A stretch of 64,000 bases of DNA from assembly GCF_963921235.1 (NCBI RefSeq), contig NC_086097.1, forward strand, positions 165,852,001 through 165,916,000. Direction: 5' to 3'. Origin of the DNA: Mobula hypostoma (Eukaryota). Every line of letters starts with the position of its first letter. Within the stretch, counting starts at the first letter, position 1. The notes below the pieces were generated by a model that worked only from the letters and a program-made list of their open reading frames with translations, made no database searches and was not told the origin of the DNA. Position numbers and translations under genes: made by a program. Positions 27,027 to 37,796 of this stretch are shown one piece after another.

Positions 27027-30000
27027 TGTAGCGGCCAATTCTAGCAAACCACTTGCTGCAGCTGGTGACCCCCAAGGATTTGTTATCCTTTTATGAAGTA
27101 TCCTCCAATCACTCCAGTATTGATATCCCAAAAAGTCAAAGAACTGTATTCGATCCTTTATTAGCAACTAGCAAAACATACAATCTTGAAGATATGAAAC
27201 TTAAGCATAGTTAAGCGTAACTAAGCGGTCAACGAAAGATGTGACATCTGTTGGCCTCTAGCTCCAAAGGAAACTGCTGAGAATAAAGCATGAATATGTA
27301 ATTTATTCCCAGCCCCCTAATTATTATACTATAATAATACGTACTACCAAAACATAGGAGACAGTAAAATCTTAACATTCACACAAATCTCCTTTTTCTG
27401 CTAAGTAGTTTATCCTGGATGGTGATCTCCTCTTGATATACCAGGTTGTTCCTCTTGACTGCATTTGGGCAAATCTGACTTGAATTGCTGCTGCCGAGTT
27501 AAAAAATAAAATCCTGTTAACTGTCAGCTCTGGCTGAGCGTAGTCTCTTTCATCATCATGGTCTCCTTTCAATGGTCCATTAACAGTCCAACCCAGCATT
27601 GATCTGATTGTATAGGGTCCACCATTAACACTGCAAATCACTTGCAGCAGCTCCAATACTTTAGGCACATTTGTCCTATCAGCAGCTCAATTTCTGAATC
27701 AATTTCCGGCAACTGAATATACTTCAGTTGAGACCATACCTGAAGATCTTTCTGTGGAGGAGTATTCCCTTTGTGGACGGGCATATGTTCCTGTGTATAG
27801 ATGTTATGTAGTGTATACATTATCTAAACCAGCCACTTCCAATCCTGGAATGACGTAGCTACTCCCAAACTTTCTTCACCTGTGGTGCGTAAGAGGATGA
27901 GCTCCTTTTCCTATCAGGTTGATCTTGTTCATGAGTTTCACTGTGCAGAACACAGCTGTACTTCCTTGATCTAGGAAAGCATATGTAACCACTGTCTTGT
28001 TACTCTTCTTAGACTTCATCTGAACTGGAATTCTAGGAAGTTTACAATTCTGATCACCAGCCCCCGTAAGGACATTTGATACCAGGGCATTAGTCACTGC
28101 TGTGTTTGATTCTTTCATGGCCTTTTTCCGAATCTGCAGCCTTTTCATCAGAGTCAATATGAAGTATACTGGGATGCTTGCCACTGCATACCTTGAATGA
28201 AAGACTTTTCGTGCAATTCTTGCTGACGTGTCCTGTACACAAACAACCAAAGCAGACGCCATTTTCTTTTAGGAAGGCAGTCTTCTCCTTGTAAACCTTT
28301 TTTCTCCAGCTGGGTGCACCCTGGGAGAGCAGACTGACCCTTTCATTAATTCCAGTTTTACTCTGTTTTAGCTTTACTCTTCACAGTAGCCTCAGCAGTG
28401 GGAAAGCTGCTTCCTTGAGCTTAGAAATAAATTTATGACTTGGTTTTGTTTACATCTTTGCTTCCTGCTGGTGCTGTAGTATCCTGTATATTTGCATACA
28501 TTGGCTGTGTAGAAATCCTCACTTGTTTTTTGATTAAACCCAACAAGAGTGATGAAAGTAGCCTCATGGTTATGATTATCTCCTAGCTCACAGGCAAAAC
28601 ATCTTTATTTATCCCTAAGTATACAAGGCTACAACAGATAAGGCCTCTGTTGGTCAGGGTCAACCATGGAGTTGCATCGTAGCTGTCTCGATATGCAAGC
28701 CAGGGTAGTACAATATGGAGAGCAAGCTGTTGCCCATGTAGCAAGCTCCCTCCTCTCCACACATCTAATGAACCCAAAGGACTGGCAGAGGCCGGTACAG
28801 TTTAGTACTATCAGCGTTGCAACAATTGATATATTAATAGGCTTGTCCAGCTCTTGCATAAGCTGAACTTCTCCAATTTCATTACAACAAGGTTGTCGTC
28901 TTGATGAGCTTTCACGTCTTCTGGATTGATATGCAGCCAAGAAAGAGCCTTTTGCTAACTCATTTTTGTGCTTGTTACCAAAACGTTACTGCAGTAAAGC
29001 TTAAGCCTTTAGATATCCTTCTTCCAGGCTGGCTTGCTGGCAACTTTTGACAAGCTCCCTAGGGTAACCTCCAGTGAACTGTTTGAGAAAATGGAGACAG
29101 CCGCCATCTGATCTGTCTTGCCTTCAGTGCTTTTCTTGAAAGCCCTTGTAAATGAATGATACTGCAATGGATCGCCAGCAAAGATTTGAATCTCTCTCTA
29201 GACAGATACAGTGCGTGGTTAGTGCACCACTAAGCTTGCTAATTCCTTTCACGTCCTTATGGCTACCAGAGCACTATTTAGACTTTTATCATCTGAATCA
29301 TGAGTGTAATCGGACTTTTAAATTAGTGTCCTCAGGAGCACCCTGTGCTATTGGATATGGCATAGTTTCAGTGTCCCGTTGGTGCAGGCTGAGAGATGAA
29401 CACCCTAAACTCTCCCTTGGGATCCAGACTTTTTGAGGAACAAATGCATCCACATCGACATAGAGTGTGTTGGATTTTCTCTGCCACGTCAGCATGGGAA
29501 CTCACACCGTAGAACTGTCCTGCTGGAGCTCACTTAGCACCCACAGCATTTGAAGCGCTTACTGTAGCACTTTGACTTTGGCCATCTGTGCTGCAATTTC
29601 TTCCTGCGACTTCCTTCTCCTTAGCTGCTCCTTTGCTTTCCATAGCTGCTCTTCCACCTGCTCCTCTTGCTGTTCCAATGCATGTTTGTCTTTCAATAAT
29701 TGTTGCCGTGTGAATAATGCACCTAAATTAGCCTCCATATTAATGCATGCAGAGGAGGTATCAGAAGTGCAGGACGTTCTGCTAGCAATATAACTTGCTG
29801 CATGCATGTTAGATGGACTGTCTTTAGGGTGTATGTCATCTTGAAAATCATCAGTTTTATACATCGTGACAGCATGCTCTGTAGCTTTATAAATATTTTC
29901 ATTTCCTTCAGCAATTTGACCTTCAAAATCACGTTTATTTCAACTATTGTTCAACTTCTACTGTAACTGTATTAATAAGAATATCACTATTTGCATAGGT

Positions 30001-30917
30001 TTTGGTTTATTTATCTTGCTCTGAGATGGGCATTAAAGATGACAGCAAGTTATGTTGCTCAGCAACATCTTCACGAAGATTTTTAAAATCGCCCAAATGA
30101 GACTGCATTCACGAAACATCTTGTTGCTCTTCTCTGGTACCAGGAAACTTCTAATTAACAGTATTAAATTGTTAATCTTCTTAACAATGCTATTGTAGTT
30201 CTTCTGAACATTGTCAATTCTAGTCACTAGAGCTTTCCCAGTAAGTTTAATTTGTCTTGGTCATGACTTCTTCAAGGTCACTGTATCCAGTTTGACTTGT
30301 GTTATTTTCCAAGTGTGTGAATCAGACAAAACACTTACTTCAGATGTCGATAGTTAGTATTTCAGTGTTTCAACAGAAACAAGCGCCAAGCTTATAGGCA
30401 GACACCGCACTATAGAGCTTACAGTGAGCAATGACCATTCCGAACCCAAACACACAGCATGAATCAATAAAAGGTTGTTACTTGTCACAAGCTGTTCCTG
30501 GCTGTGGTGCTTCTGATTTCGCAGCCACATCCGAATGCTGATGTTCTTTTGATATAACTTGAAATCTTTTGTTGACAGAATGTAGTGGCCATTTCTAACA
30601 AACCAATTGCCGGTGCTGGCGACCACCATGGACTTAATATCCTTGTATGATCTGCCCTTCAATCACTCTAGTAATAATGTTCCAAATAGTGGAAGAACTG
30701 TATTCCTTTATTAGCAACTAGCAAAACATACAATCTTGAAGCCATGAAACTTAAGCATAATTAAGCGGTCAACAAAAAATAATGACATCTGTCAGTCCCC
30801 AGCTCCAAACTAAACTGCTGAGAACAAAGCGTGAATATGCAACTTATTCCCTTCACTTTACCAAGCCCCCATTCAAGTAATGAGTTGCCATAATACACAT
30901 AATAAACGTGCAACACA
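27027..30917 (-). mobile_element. BEL/Pao-type LTR retrotransposon, internally deleted and degraded
   Basis: Two diverged direct repeats with TG...CA ends (27027-27354 and 30581-30917). Internal TYAFLDQGSTAVFCT (Pao-type protease) and GPYTIRSMLGWTVNGPL. No RT seen. Confidence 0.8.
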
Positions 30918-31527
30918 GAATACAATGCAGATAGAAAACAGATGCATGACTCCTACAGATAAGTTTGTAAAAAGTTGAAGACCATGGACTGAAAAGGACA
31001 CTTATAGCTTAGTGAGAAATTATCCTAGAAACAGTAAGTTGTTGTATTGGATAGAACCCGAGAATTAAAACCCTATCAGTGCACAAATTGCAATGTTTCA
31101 TTTGCACATTGAGAGGGAGGGAGGAAGAAATATGGAGTTGGCACTTTGATACATTTTATTGGTCACTGTTTTACCTGAATTATGCTTGCAACATCTACCC
31201 AGTACTGGGCTTTCTATCGAAATATTCCTACTTCACTTGTAAACACTCTGTCATAACTCATCTGTCCCAAAATCTTGTGTTACCTGCCACTTTGATCCAT
31301 GATTATACCAAAACTCTACAGTCTCTTGATCTGGCATTCAAATTGCTTTCCATTTATCCTTGCTCACCTACTTTGCTCTGTATTTTTTAAAATTCATTTT
31401 CTGCTGTTCAATTCTCTTTGCTCTCCTCATGTTTGATTGTAGAATTAAGCTTAAAGATGTGATACCACAGGAATACCTGCTTTATTTTTATTAATTTTTT
31501 TGTATGTGTGCTTATTTACATCTACAG

Positions 31528-31680
31528 GTCCATTTACAGATGTAGTAACGACAAACCTCAAATTGAAAAACCCATCGGATAAGAGGGTTTGTTTCAAAGT
31601 AAAGACTACAGCACCACGCCGGTACTGTGTACGGCCTAACAGTGGAATAATTGACCCAGGATCAATGGTTACTGTTTCTG
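31528..31680 (+). CDS. VAPA: VAMP-associated protein (VAPA/B family) exon 2 equivalent, MSP domain
   Basis: tctacag|GT CCA...TCT G|gtaag, 153 bp. Encodes [51 protein letters not shown]. Paralog assignment (A vs B) is uncertain. Confidence 0.95.
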
Positions 31681-32569
31681 GTAAGAATGATTGTAAAATA
31701 ACATGCTTATAACAAGTGTAAGATGATAGGGTTAATTTTAACTAACAATGAGAAAACTTTCAGTTTTCAAAATTAGCCAGTCATTTCAGCAGGCTGCGTT
31801 TCTCTCTTCTCTCCACCCCCGCCCACCCAACACAACCATCTTGCCCAGCAATTTCAATATAGGCAAGTATTACAACAAAGGCCTATGATGGCAGCAGCTG
31901 CCTGTTCTTTGATAACAGCAGATTAGATGACGGGCACTTGATATCTGTTGTGCTTCACAATTAGTGTTTTTGAGGTGGGAGGGATGCAGCGGTAGGTGGA
32001 GTGTTCTGGAGAAGGATATGTAGGCATGAGGTGGGCTGAATTTGGGCCATGAGAGATATTGTACAACATGTTTTCTGAAAGCTGCAATGCAGATTTTTCC
32101 CTTATTAGAATGTGCTTTTGAAAATGTTTCAAATATTTGTGATTGTGGTAATTGCTGGCATTAGCACCACCAAACAGTCCTAATTATGAGCTATTTGTAC
32201 CATAATTTACTAGTTCCCTTTGATATCAAGGAAGATGTGATATTCCTGATAGGTGTGCTCAGTGATGATGAATTTCAAATGGATTCGGTAAAAGTTCTAT
32301 ATAGGGATGTCAGTTTAAAAAATCTGTAAATTCAGATTAAACATGGACAACAAAGTGGAAACGGACTGAAGAGTAAATGAAGGTAAATACTCATGAGAGA
32401 GGTTAGATGGTGCATTGAAGGGGGGGGAGAGTGAAATGAGCGTAGGATAGAATGGCCTCCGCATCGATTTACATCAGATACAATCTTGCTGGCTGTACAT
32501 TTTGCTTTGAAGCACCAAGACAACTGCACAGCAAATATTTGTTGATTACAGCTTGGTTTTATAGAATAT

Positions 32570-33165
32570 AGAACATAGATAGAATGGTACAGTACAGGAA
32601 CAGGCCCTTTGGCCCTCACTGTTGTGCTGAACCAATTAAATGACTAAGTAAACTAATCTCTTCTGCTTACACAATGCCTATGTCATTCCATTTTCCTCAA
32701 ATTAATGTGCTTATCTAAATGTCTGTTAAGTCTCTAATGTTTCTGTCTCTACTATCACACCAGGCAGTGCATTCCAGGCACCCACCACTTTGTTTTTTTT
32801 TAAAAAAAACTTGCCCCTCACATTTCCTTAAATTACCCTCCTGAAAAGCATGCCCACTGGTATTAGACATTTCAACCTGTGGAAAAATATATTGTCTGTC
32901 TACTGTATCTATGCCTCTCATTATCTTATAAACCTCTATCAGATCCCTTCTCAGCCTCTGCTGTTTTGGCAAAAGCAACCCAAGTTTGTCCAACCTCTTG
33001 TTACAACCCATGCCCTCTAATCCAGGCAACATCCTGGTAAACCTCTTCTGCACCCTCTCCAAAGCCTCAACATCCTTCCTACAATGGGGTGACCAGAGCT
33101 GTATGCACTACTCCAGATGCGGCCTAACTAGAGTTTTATAAAGCTGCAACATAACTTCCTGATTT
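32570..33165 (-). mobile_element. CR1-type LINE 3' fragment
   Basis: ERVQKRFTRMLPGL and DLIEVYKIMRG. Confidence 0.85.
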
Positions 33166-33169
33166 TTGT

Positions 33170-34142
33170 TTTCTCCACCATCATCTCTTCACTCATCATC
33201 ACCAAGCCTCAAAACGTTAGGCATCCGTACCTCATTTTGCAACTGGATCCTGAACTTCCTTCTTAAGAGGAGCACAGTCAGTGTGGATTATTAATTACAT
33301 CTCCACACCTGTAATCATTGCAGGCATGCATGTTTCGCTCACTGCTCGGTTCTTCTCTAAACTGATGATTGTGTGGTTAAGCTCAGATCAAATGCCATTT
33401 GTAAATTTTCTGATGAAGAAGTGCTGTTGGTAGAATCTCAGATGGGCAATGAGGAGGCGTACAGGAATGAGATAAATCGTCTGGTTGAATGGTGTCCTAA
33501 TAATAACCTCTCACTCAATGCCAGCGAGATCAAGGATTTGATTGTGGATTTCAGGAAGGGAAGATGGGAGAACGTATAGCAGTATACATTGAGAGGTCAT
33601 TGGTGGAAGAGATGACCAGCTTCAAGTTTCTAGGTATCAGTATCTTGGAGGATCTATCTTGGGCTTTATACAATGCTGCAATCATGAAGAAGGCATACCA
33701 GCTTTGTTCAAATGTGAGGAGATACTGTATGGTGCCAAAGACTCATACAGATTTCTACATGTGTAAAGTTTAGAGCATTCTGACTGGTTGCATTGCAGCC
33801 AGGTTTGGAGGCTTCAGTACATAGAATTGGAAGAGGGTAGAGATCAGCCAACTCCATCATATGCACAACCCACCCCACCCTTGTGGACATTTTCAGGGGG
33901 TGGTGCCTCAGGAAGGTGACATCCATCAAGAAGGAGGTACTGGAGCCTGAAGACCCACACTCAACAATTCAGGAACAGCTTCTTCCCCTTCTGCCATCAG
34001 ATTTCTGATAAATGTATGAATCAACTCGGTCCTTTTTTTTATTGAGCTATTTATTTCATTTTATAATAATTTTGTTTTTACACTGTACTACTGCAAAGCA
34101 GCAAATTTCATGGTCATATAAGTTGGTGACAATAAATCTGAG
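33170..34142 (+). mobile_element. Rex1/Babar-like LINE 3' fragment, degraded
   Basis: WCPNNNLSLNAS, IVDFRK and SFKFLGI. Ends AATAAATCTGA. Confidence 0.75.
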
Positions 34143-35454
34143 GGGATAATAGAGGAAAAGAATACTTGGAGGAGAACCTCAGTTTGGTGTTGGATCCACC
34201 TCTTTCTGATTTGAATCTCTCTCAGTTCAAAGTAAATTATTTAAAAAAATGATGCTAAACTTGGAGCGTCACTGGATAAAATTGCACAGGTTGAGAGGTA
34301 CTGAATTCACTAGATTAAATGAGTAAGCAATAAAACATTGGGTATTAACATTTAATCTATGAACTTAATGTTGGTTTTAACAGACCTACGTATTATTGAA
34401 GGCTGTGGATATACATGGATTAGAGATGATTTGTGACTCTGACAATGATCTAGAATTAAATACTGAATGGACAAATAGTTCCCCCAGTAAATCTTATTAT
34501 TAATATGCTTATCACCTTGGGGAAGATTAAGGGTTTGGAGAAAAATAATGTGAAACAAAAGCAGGAAATGTTGTAAACAGTGGTTTAAAATTGACAACAA
34601 TATTCTGGTTAATATTTAGGTTTGAGACGGAGGTAATATTCATAAAATGAGATCAATATATACAGAAAATTAGTGTGATGTTCTTCTCTGTTCCTTCACT
34701 TCATTGTAGTCTTGGAATCATGAAGAACAGATAATGAAGAGGTTGTGGAAACATGTTGTTAAGACCTCAGACAAAGTCAGGAATCAAAAGGTTGAGGATG
34801 GTGCAACTACGGTCTTGGGCTATATATATTTCAATGCAGGAAGCATAGAAAAGGCAGGTGAGCTCAGGGCATGGATCAACACTTGGAATAATGATATTGT
34901 AGCCATTAGTAAGACTTGGTTGCAAGAGGGGCAAGGCTGGCAGCTCAATATTCTGGGGCTTTGTCGTTTTAGATGTGACAGAGTGGGAGGGATTAAGGGG
35001 GAGGAGGGTTAGTGGTGGTGTTACTAGTCAGGGAAAATATCCTGGCAGTGCTCAGTCTGTACAGACTTTAGAACTTGTCCAGTGAGGCTGTATGGGTGTA
35101 AATGAGGAATAAGAAAAGTATGACCACATTAATGGGGCTATATTAGAGACCACCCAACAGTCTGTAGGGTTTAGAGGAACAAATTTGTAGAGAGCTCACA
35201 GACTGTTCCAAGAGACATAAGGTTGTTGTAGTAGGTGATTTTAATTTTTCACATTGACTGGGACTCCCATACTGTAAAAGGACTAGATGGGAAAGAGTTT
35301 GTCAAATGTGTCCTTTTATCAGTACATAGATGTCCCAACGAGAGAGTATGTAATACTTAAACACGACGAATTCTGCAGATGCTGGAAATTCAGGCAGCAC
35401 ACATCAAAGTTGCTGGTGAACGCAGCAGGCCAGGCAGCATCTCTAGGAAGAAGT

Positions 35455-35497
35455 ACAGTTGACGTTTCGGGCCGAGACCCTTCGTCAGGACTAACTG
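35455..35497 (-). ncRNA. Minimal type I hammerhead ribozyme motif, intact core
   Basis: Reverse complement reads AGTC-CTGACGA-AGGGTCTCGGCCC-GAAA-CG-TC-AACTG, with palindromic ACGT in place of helix III. Confidence 0.7.
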
Positions 35498-36271
35498 AAG
35501 GAAGAGCTAGTAAGAGATTTGAAAGGGGGAGGGGGAGATCCAAAATGATAGGAGAAGACAGGAGGGGGAGGGATGGAGCCAAGAGCTGGACAGGTGATTG
35601 GCAAAAGGGATATGAGAGGATCATGGGACAGGAGGCCCAGGGAGAAGGAAAAGGAAAAATAAATAACGGATGGGGTACGAGGGGGAGGTGGGGCATTAGC
35701 GGAAGTTAGAGAAGTCAGTGTTCATGCCATCAGGTTGGAGGCTACCCAGACGGAATATAAGGTGCTGTTCTTCCAACCTGAGTGTGGCTTCATGTTTACA
35801 GTAGAGGAGGCCGTGGATAGACACATCAGAATGGGAATGGGATGTGGAATTAAAATGTGTGGCCACTGGGAGATCCTGCTTTCTCTGGCGGACAGAGCGT
35901 AGGTGTTCAGCAAAACGATCTCCCAGTCTGCGTCGGGTTTCGTCAATATATAGAAGGCCGCATCGGGAGCACCGGACGCAGTATATCACCCCAACCAACT
36001 ATTTATTTATATACACACTTTCTCTCTCTCTCTCTCTCTCTCTCTCCTTTCTCTCCCTCTGTCCTTCTGACTATACCCCTTGCCCATCCTCTTTTCTTTC
36101 CCCCCCCTCCCCTTTTTCCTTCTCCCTGGGCCTCCTGTCCCATGATCCTCTCATATCCCTTTTGCCAATCACCTGTCCAGCTCTTGGCTCCATCCCTCCC
36201 CCTCCTGTCTTCTATCATTTTGGATCTCCCCCTCCCCCTCCCACTTTCAAATCTCTTACTAACTCTTCTTT

Positions 36272-36314
36272 CAGTTAGTCTTGACGAAGGGTCTCGGCCC
36301 GAAACGTCGACTGT
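36272..36314 (+). ncRNA. Minimal hammerhead motif with a C-to-T change in the CUGA core
   Basis: AGTC-TTGACGA-AGGGTCTCGGCCC-GAAA-CG-TC-GACT. Confidence 0.6.
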
Positions 36315-36666
36315 ACCTCTTCCTAGAGATGCTGCCTGGTCTGCTGTGTTCACCAGCAACTTTGATGTGTGTTGCTAGTATGTAATACTTGATCTGTTAT
36401 TAGGAAATGAGACAGGGCAGGTGACAGAAGTTTATGTAGGGAAACATTTTGCATCGAGTAATCATAATGCCAGTAGATACAAAGTCAATATGGAAAAAGG
36501 TCTGGTCCGCGGTTTAAAATTCTAAATTGGAGAAAGACCAATTTTGATGGTATTAGAAAGGATCTGGCAAGTGTGGATTGGGACAGGCTGTTTTCTGGCA
36601 AAGGTATACTTGGTAAGTGGGAAGCCTTCAAAAGTGAAATTTTGAGAGTTTTCAAGAGATATTTAG

Positions 36667-36840
36667 GCAATGCACATAAAATCCTGGAGGAACTCAGCAG
36701 GCCAGGCAGCATCTAGGAAAAGAGTACAGTCGATGTTTAATGTCAACTGCACTCTTTTCGTAGATGCTGCCTGGCCTGCTGAGTTTCTCCAGCATTTTGT
36801 ATGTGTTGCTCAAATTTCCAGCATCTACAGATTTTCTCTT
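36667..36840. mobile_element. Palindromic (fold-back) PLE pLTR remnant
   Basis: Inverted arms of about 70 bp meet near 36738. The right arm has an extra tail of about 30 bp. Confidence 0.8.
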
Positions 36841-36920
36841 AAAGGAGATTGAGGCCCTGGTTAAGAAAAGGAGGAGGTGCAGAGCAAATTTAGACAGGTA
36901 GGAATTACTGAGGTACTTAT

Positions 36921-37796
36921 TGTTACATGCTCAAGGAGATCTGTTTTTTTTTGTGAGGATGCTGTAATGGTTTCTTTGGAGGTCACCTGATGTGATTTTC
37001 CTGCCGATGTGAGGTCACGTGATGACATGTGCCCCCGTGACTATATAAAGGTCGACTCAGGTGACGCAGTAGGGATTTTGAGTTTGTAGATTTCCAGGTA
37101 GAAGGTGTTGTGCTTCCGTTTCTCTTGCGTGTTTGTTTTTGTGACGCAGTTTCATTTTTAAAACGGAAGGTGTGTTCTGTTCCAAGATTTGTATTATTGA
37201 ACTGGAAATTTGAGGCTGGAAGTGCCAATCTACTCAATTCTGACAGTTTTTGAAGGGAGAGTGAAGAATTCATCGAAGTGAAGGATCGAGAGAAGTCGGC
37301 ATCGTTTGGGCAGTTTAATAAAGGATCGACCTTATTGAGTCTTCGTTGAAGAGAAGCTGCATTGAGATAACTCTTGCAATAGCGCAATGAGTTCGTGCAC
37401 AAAGGCTCTCTCTCTAAAAGGAATTTAAGGTCAGTGGATTTAAACTGTTTATTTTTGGCATCGGGAATCCTGTGGACAGAACGGCAGTAAAGGTGCGTCG
37501 GTGAAGAAATCGTTCTCCAGAGAAGTCTCTCCCAATTGAATGTGTGAAACTGTTGGACTTTTGAAGTTATCGCTTTAAGAACTATATCTGACTGTATCGC
37601 TTTAAGACTGTTTCTGCATTTAACTCTTTAAGAGCCAGAGCCGAGTGGAGTTGATGAAAGGCTGCGTACCTGTTGAACCTCTGGTTGAAGTTTTCCTCCT
37701 TTTTTTTCCCTTATCGCTTGTATGTGTTTAATATATGTTTGGTTGTTTTTATAAGCCTTGTCTTGGTTAATATTCATTGTTGCCGGTTACGTAACA
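36921..37796 (+). mobile_element. Solo LTR (Gypsy- or ERV-like)
   Basis: TGTTAC...GTAACA termini, TTAT 4-bp duplication (36917-36920 and 37797-37800), TATATAAA at 37042. Confidence 0.85.

Larger units (their letters stand above)
35359..36376. mobile_element. Penelope-like insertion with inverted arms and 14-bp TSD
   Basis: AGTATGTAATACTT at 35345-35358 and 36377-36390. The minus arm encodes GIY-YIG (VIYCVRCSRCGLLYIDETRRRLGDRFAEH). The plus arm is an inverted pLTR copy. Confidence 0.9.

Noticed and set aside
1..31527. VAP first exon and promoter
   Set aside because: No N-terminal VAP coding sequence or CpG-island promoter was recognised. The CpG-rich patches here belong to TEs.
36020..36046. 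(TC)n microsatellite
   Set aside because: A simple repeat inside the PLE pLTR with no independent significance.
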